A stretch of 64,000 nt of DNA. It comes from Methanotrichaceae archaeon (lineage in GTDB: Archaea > Halobacteriota > Methanosarcinia > Methanotrichales > Methanotrichaceae). Below the pieces are notes generated by a model, which worked only from the letters and a program-made list of their open reading frames with translations, was not told the DNA's origin and ran no database searches. Position 1 is the first letter of the stretch; the number at the start of each line of letters is the position of its first letter. Shown piece after piece: positions 58,933 through 64,000 of this stretch. The position numbers and the translations under genes are program-made. The stretch is taken from contig CAVWIG010000007.1 of NCBI GenBank assembly GCA_963754945.1, positions 1-64,000 on the forward strand, written 5' to 3'.

Positions 58933-59904
58933 ATGATGAAATTCTCACCGCGATTGGCAGCCAAAGCCCTGTGGCAGCTACGGGTCAGAAGAAGGCCCTA
59001 CGTCCTTTCTCATGGCATTACCTCTCGGTGCAATCTGCAGTGCAAATTCTGCGAATATTGGGAGAACCCTGGGAAAGAGATGAGCACTCCCGAGATATTC
59101 CGAATGCTCGACGATGCCAAGTCTTTTGGGATTGGCGTCTACAACGCCTGGACTGCCGAGCCCCTCATGAAGGAGGATTTGCAGGAGATCTTGCACCATG
59201 CAAAAAGACTCGGGCTGATCACATCGCTCATAACCAACGGAAAGCTGCTGGCCCGCCGCGTTCACGAGCTTGGTGACCTGGACTACCTCTCGGTATCAGT
59301 GGATGGTATTGACTGCTACAAAGAGCTTCGCGGGATCGACCTTCAAGATGTGCTTGGCGGCATAAGAGCAGCTAAGACCGACGGCCACGAGATCCTCATG
59401 AACTGTATCATAAGCGGCAAAAACGTTGATGAGCTCGAAGATCTCGTCAATTTGGCAGAAGTGCTGGGCGTGCGGATCTCCTTTGAGCCTATAAATGAGT
59501 CTTCGGGAATCGCCAAAGAGGTCTGGGAAGAGCTTGGCATCAGGGACTTACCCAGATACCAGAAGGCAATAGACAGGCTGGTCGAGCTGAAGAAATCCGG
59601 AGCACCCATAATCAACTCCATCACCTACCTCAAGATGATCCGGTCCCTAAAGCCGGAGTTCAGGTGCCATGCCAGCGACATAATCCTGCACGTTACAGCA
59701 GACGGCACAATAGAGTGCTGCAGGTCCCAGAAGGCTACCCTGGGCCAGGTATCCGAAGGTTTATTAAATGTCTGGAAGGCGTCCGAGGAGACGCGCAAGA
59801 AGACCGCAGGTGAGTGCAAGGGATGTCTCTTCTTCGGGTATGTCGAAAACAGCCTACTATACGATATGGTTCCAGAGGTAATGTCTCATTACGAGTGGAT
59901 GTGA
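58933..59904 (+). CDS. Radical SAM protein with a C-terminal SPASM/twitch-like Cys cluster
   Basis: CNLQCKFC, AEPL, ITNG, SVSVDG and a C-terminal C...CC...CKGC. Confidence 0.9.
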   Translation: MMKFSPRLAAKALWQLRVRRRPYVLSHGITSRCNLQCKFCEYWENPGKEMSTPEIFRMLDDAKSFGIGVYNAWTAEPLMKEDLQEILHHAKRLGLITSLITNGKLLARRVHELGDLDYLSVSVDGIDCYKELRGIDLQDVLGGIRAAKTDGHEILMNCIISGKNVDELEDLVNLAEVLGVRISFEPINESSGIAKEVWEELGIRDLPRYQKAIDRLVELKKSGAPIINSITYLKMIRSLKPEFRCHASDIILHVTADGTIECCRSQKATLGQVSEGLLNVWKASEETRKKTAGECKGCLFFGYVENSLLYDMVPEVMSHYEWM

Positions 59905-60233
59905 TGCTGGGCTATTGCGCCTGTGCACCACGATGCCACCGTGTTAGAAAGTAGAGCTTTCCTGTCAGGAGGTCGTTTGGACGTTATATGAAAAGCACGT
60001 AGGTCGATGCAGGTTGTACACACTACTATCCGTTCAATATACCACTATTCTTTTCAATCCTCTGCGTTCAATTTTGAGAGATAACTGATTTTATAAGTAA
60101 GCTATTTAAGAATCAAAAATAGGAGGGTAATTACGAGATTAACCGGTTGTTCAATACCGGGGACACTCATCTCTGTGTTTCAGCAGACACTGGCAGAACA
60201 GCACAGAAAAAGAAAAACTATGAGGTGTAAATC

Positions 60234-61367
60234 GTGGCCAATCGAAATTTTGTCTGGATCTTGATACCCTTCTTCTTTTTCACAGGTATAGCCTTGGGAG
60301 GGTATGATCTATCCGGAACCACTGGAACAGAGAACTTGACCGCGGCCGACCCCATCGTGCAGAGTCTGGAGACCGATACAGGAAGTGCTCTTGCTAATGC
60401 TATGGCACCGCAGGTGTCTGCAACAGAATCCGGAACCGAGATTGCATTTTACACGACGCAATCTCCGACTAAGACTGAGCTGAAAGGGTTGATGCCCTTC
60501 AATGCTCAGTCTAGCCCGTCCACATACGTATTCTACAAAGGCAGCTACCTGGGGTGGAATGGGTTTACCTCCCAGTTCCCCAGCACTTCGCCGGGCTTAT
60601 GGATTGAAAGATCTGTGAGTTGGTCGTTGTACGCTACGATGCCCCTGGGAGGTTGGGCGCGAGAACTTCTCTATGTGCCCGTTCCCTCGCCCATTACCCT
60701 GTACGAAGTCTATCCCAGCGGGTTTGTGATGAAATACAATCTGGGATTTGTTCAGCCTGGCTACTACTATATCTGGTACTATGCCGACGCTCCAGGGAGA
60801 CATCTCGATATATTCAGCGTCACCAGTGGTTACAGCAATATGGTAGTCATCGATGTGTACTCTGTTCAGCAACCTAAGCCGGTTCCACCCAAACCAGTTC
60901 CACCAACCCCTAAGCAGCAATGCGAGAAGAACCCTACGTGCAACTGGGTGAATGGCCAGTGCCTGTGTACCGGCTTACTTCCAGAGAATCCGGAGAAGTT
61001 GAAATGTGAGCAGAATCCCAACTGCAACTGGGTAAACGGCCAGTGTCTCTGCACAATGCCGAATCCCGATGATCAGGAGAGAATTAGTTGTGAGCAGAAC
61101 CCTGATTGTGATTGGGTAAATGGCCAGTGTCTCTGTCGAGGTGTTCGTCCTGAGGACCCCGAGAAGGTGAAGTGTGAGCAAAACCCCGACTGCAACTGGG
61201 TAAACGGCCAATGTCTATGTACCGGACTAAACCCTCCTGCCCCCGAACCTCAGCCCTCACCTATGCCGGGACCTGTGCCTAATCCCAACCCAGGGCCTGA
61301 TAATGATGCGGGAGGCGACAATTCAGGTGGGCTCTTGGGCAGCAATGCAGGAGCAGTGCCTAGCTGA
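60234..61367 (+). CDS. Secreted protein with a conserved beta domain and four Cys-rich repeats
   Basis: Signal peptide, the GLWIERSVSWSLYA domain, four copies of CE(Q/K)NPxC(N/D)WVNGQCLC and Pro-rich linkers. Confidence 0.82.
   Translation: MANRNFVWILIPFFFFTGIALGGYDLSGTTGTENLTAADPIVQSLETDTGSALANAMAPQVSATESGTEIAFYTTQSPTKTELKGLMPFNAQSSPSTYVFYKGSYLGWNGFTSQFPSTSPGLWIERSVSWSLYATMPLGGWARELLYVPVPSPITLYEVYPSGFVMKYNLGFVQPGYYYIWYYADAPGRHLDIFSVTSGYSNMVVIDVYSVQQPKPVPPKPVPPTPKQQCEKNPTCNWVNGQCLCTGLLPENPEKLKCEQNPNCNWVNGQCLCTMPNPDDQERISCEQNPDCDWVNGQCLCRGVRPEDPEKVKCEQNPDCNWVNGQCLCTGLNPPAPEPQPSPMPGPVPNPNPGPDNDAGGDNSGGLLGSNAGAVPS
60921..61220 (+). repeat. Four coding tandem repeats with an 84-bp period
   Basis: Units start at 60921, 61005, 61089 and 61173, each a 48-bp conserved core plus a 36-bp variable linker. 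Confidence 0.9.
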
Positions 61368-61598
61368 GAATCAACATTGGTGAAATGGACGGAAAATGCC
61401 CGTCGATACCGGGATCACTTCTGATCCTGGTATCGATTTATACAGCTCAACTGTGATGGGATGTAAAGAGCTCCCTGTCTTGAGGGCCGATATAGAGCTG
61501 GCGACAAAAAAAACATGTCATTCTGCTATGTTCGTCGATCATCTCGATATCAATCTGTCAGTGCTCGGAGTCCAAACGCGGTCACGATGAAGGCGGAT

Positions 61599-62381
61599 TT
61601 ATCCTGTCTTCTGCAGAGCTGTAACAACATCGCGGGTTGCGAGGATGCCTTTCAGCGCTGCCGGGAAGCCCGCGTAGACGGAGACCAGCAGCATGATCTC
61701 GACGATCTCTGCCTCGGAAAGGCCAGCTCGAAGCCCGCCACCGATGTGGAACTGGAGCTGCGCTGGGGCTGTGCCAATTGCCGCAAGCGCTGCAATGGTC
61801 GCCACCTGCCTGTTCCGGATCGGCAGAATGCCCCGAGCGTAGATGTCCCCGTATCCGAACTCAATAACATACCGCGTGATATCCGGGTTTATCTTGTCAT
61901 ACGTTTCCTTGAGCACCTGCTCCTGATTGGGTGCGATCCGCATGAGCCACTCCTTCCCGCGCTCGTACCTGCTCTCTGAACCGGCATGGACTGAGGCTTT
62001 TGAGAGCGTCTGTCCGGTCTCTTTTAAGACCTCAACGAGCGTCCCCATGGCTTTCAACATTGCCGGGAAACCCGCGTACCCGCTCATCTGTATGCTGATC
62101 TCGCGGATCTCCTCTGGAGTGCAGCCTACATGGAGCGCGGCGTGGATATGAACCTTCAACTGAGGTGCCGCTGTTCCCATTGAAGTCAGGACCGCCACAA
62201 CTGCCTGCTCTTTTGTCCGGTTGTCAAGGGTCTCCCGCGCATAGATCTCTCCGAAAGAATATTCGATGAGGTATCTGGCAAGGTCCGGGCAGATATCATT
62301 GAGAGCCTCTTCGACCTTTAGACCGGCTTCTCCATCAATTTCAAGCAATTTTCTTCTTCCGATAGCTGCGTAATCTGTCAT
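61599..62381 (-). CDS. Carboxymuconolactone decarboxylase (CMD) family protein with tandem domains
   Basis: Duplicated FGEIYAR/YGDIYAR, QLKVHI/QLQFHI and YAGFPA. Confidence 0.9.
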   Translation of the reverse strand: MTDYAAIGRRKLLEIDGEAGLKVEEALNDICPDLARYLIEYSFGEIYARETLDNRTKEQAVVAVLTSMGTAAPQLKVHIHAALHVGCTPEEIREISIQMSGYAGFPAMLKAMGTLVEVLKETGQTLSKASVHAGSESRYERGKEWLMRIAPNQEQVLKETYDKINPDITRYVIEFGYGDIYARGILPIRNRQVATIAALAAIGTAPAQLQFHIGGGLRAGLSEAEIVEIMLLVSVYAGFPAALKGILATRDVVTALQKTG

Positions 62382-62450
62382 GACTTCACCCGATAATTCG
62401 TCTCTGTAACATCACGGTACAGGCGTGGCCACACCCGAAAGGGATAGGTG

Positions 62451-63269
62451 TTACCGCCATGTTACCGCGATCGGATTGCGCCGGGGGATCCCATACGCCT
62501 TGTACTGCGGATAGCCGAACATCATTGCATAGGCGCATTTCCGTCCGGCTGGCAGGCCGAGTTCCTTCTGGAGCGGTTCATAGGAGGCGGCAGCCATTGC
62601 CACAAAGCCCGCCCAGCAGGTGCCGATACCGAATGCAGGCGCAGCGACATCGAAATGCGTGAGCGCTATGATTGCATCTACGGATGCAACCGGGTTGCCC
62701 TCCGGGATATGGGCAAAGAGCAGGTGAGGCGCGTCGCGGCAGATGACATCGTGTCCGCTTTCCCATGCTCCGATAAGCACCGGCACGTATCCGCTCATCG
62801 GATGGTTCGTGCCTATCATTGTTTTCATCCATTCGACGGTCAGTCCGGCGATCTTTTTCACTCTCTCTTGATCGTGGACGATAATCCACTGCACCGGCTG
62901 CCCGTTGCCTCCCGAGGCTGCGTACCTGGCAATATCAAGGATTTCAAGGATCTTCTCCTTTGGCACAGGATCTTTGGTGAAGTGCCGCACGGACCGTCGT
63001 TTCTTGAGGTAGAATGCTATGTCCTCGGGAGAGATGGTGCCTGCACCGGCTGGTAGGGGCACCTTACCATCCGGGCGGACATTCAGGAGGAGAGCCTGCG
63101 ACGGACAGGAGACCTCGCAGTGCCCGCACTGGATACACATGCCTGCGACGGCATCTTTTACAGTCGGCAGTGTGTTATCATCAGCGGGGGTGACAATTGC
63201 TATCGGGCAGACAATAGAGCAGATCCCGCACCGGGTGCAGAGATCCTGATCAACAAGTATCACGGTCAT
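62451..63269 (-). CDS. Nitroreductase family protein with an N-terminal 2x[4Fe-4S] domain
   Basis: CTRCGICSIVCP, CIQCGHCEVSCP, KRRSVR, YAASGGNGQP and GIGTCWAG. Confidence 0.92.
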   Translation of the reverse strand: MTVILVDQDLCTRCGICSIVCPIAIVTPADDNTLPTVKDAVAGMCIQCGHCEVSCPSQALLLNVRPDGKVPLPAGAGTISPEDIAFYLKKRRSVRHFTKDPVPKEKILEILDIARYAASGGNGQPVQWIIVHDQERVKKIAGLTVEWMKTMIGTNHPMSGYVPVLIGAWESGHDVICRDAPHLLFAHIPEGNPVASVDAIIALTHFDVAAPAFGIGTCWAGFVAMAAASYEPLQKELGLPAGRKCAYAMMFGYPQYKAYGIPRRNPIAVTWR

Positions 63270-63308
63270 GTTCTTTTCTTTCCTCAGGTAATTCAACTCA
63301 TCCTGCAA

Positions 63309-63914
63309 TCAACAAGCACCGGTATTTCTGGATGTGTTTTTGGAGTGGTTCATCGTCTTTAAGAGCCAAACCATATTCTGCCCGACTCTCTTCGTCTGTT
63401 CTATTCCTTCCCTATCCCGTTCAACATCGCCGATATCTCTCCCTACACCAATACCGGGAAGCCCGGGAACGATCATGTCGTTCGCCAGAAAAAAATGGAG
63501 CATCGAATCAATGGTACGGCTGGCTCCGGTACGCCGCACGGCAACAACGGCGTTCCCGACCTTGTGACTGAAGGGACGGTCGTTGGCATACGAGACAAAT
63601 CCGGTCCGGTCGATGAGTGCCTTCATCTCCGGTGTGACATCGAGGAAGTATACAGGTGAACCCAGGATAATCCCGTCAGCCTCAGCCATCTTCGCAATAC
63701 ACTCGTTCACGATGTCGTCATCGAAGATGCAGCGCCGGTCACGGTTCTCAAAACATTTCATGCACGCGATGCAGCCGTGGATCTTTTTCCCGCCGACCTG
63801 CACGACTTCCGTGGTAATACCGGCTTTTTCGAGTTCATGCAGCACCAGGCGTATTAGGAGACTGGTGTTTCCTTTCGGCCGCGGGCTCCCGTTGAATGCA
63901 ACAACCTTTGTCGT
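63309..63914 (-). CDS. Iron-sulfur flavoprotein (Isf/flavodoxin) with ACG at the expected start
   Basis: The frame extends upstream of the ORF call to (ACG)TKVVAFNGSPRPKGNT. It has CIACMKC and GSPVYF, and a GGGGTGA RBS precedes the ACG. Confidence 0.85.
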   Translation of the reverse strand, partial: TTKVVAFNGSPRPKGNTSLLIRLVLHELEKAGITTEVVQVGGKKIHGCIACMKCFENRDRRCIFDDDIVNECIAKMAEADGIILGSPVYFLDVTPEMKALIDRTGFVSYANDRPFSHKVGNAVVAVRRTGASRTIDSMLHFFLANDMIVPGLPGIGVGRDIGDVERDREGIEQTKRVGQNMVWLLKTMNHSKNTSRNTGAC

Positions 63915-64000
63915 ACCATCACCCCTTAATCAGATTTTTCCCGTCACTCCAAGCATTCCCGGCATACTTCCCTAGTGTCCAGTAGCGGTTGTCGGGCATC

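Noticed and set aside
60921-61220. CRISPR-like pattern of 48-bp repeats with 36-bp spacers
   Set aside because: The period is a multiple of 3 inside an open frame, repeat differences are mostly synonymous, the spacers resemble each other, and there are no cas genes.

Overview
This window looks like chromosomal DNA from a methanogenic euryarchaeon, most consistent with Methanothrix/Methanotrichaceae. The evidence is a two-subunit ATP-citrate lyase, homoaconitase HacA, methanogenesis markers 2 and 4/MtxX, PolD DP2, a Methanosarcinales-type S-layer protein and Thg1. Housekeeping blocks alternate with many secreted or surface proteins: a 1107-aa S-layer-domain protein, a 2873-aa repeat adhesin, a Q/N-ladder curli-like repeat protein and a Cys-rich repeat protein. 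A decayed accessory island at about 24.7-33.2 kb contains an IS5-disrupted treT, two inverted IS5 copies, a truncated type III-like Res with an intact Mod, and a PolB remnant. There are five complete IS copies (IS1-like, two IS701-like, two IS5), one IS630 remnant and one tRNA-Pro. No CRISPR array, rRNA, integrase or reverse transcriptase was seen. The best leads are a candidate archaeal functional amyloid (35965-36687), a promoter-flanked structured ncRNA (about 12922-13027) with a similarly built element at 16488-16583, an aclBA-hacA operon, and the giant adhesin. Several single-base frameshifts may be assembly errors. All family assignments come from recognising motifs by eye; no database search was run.
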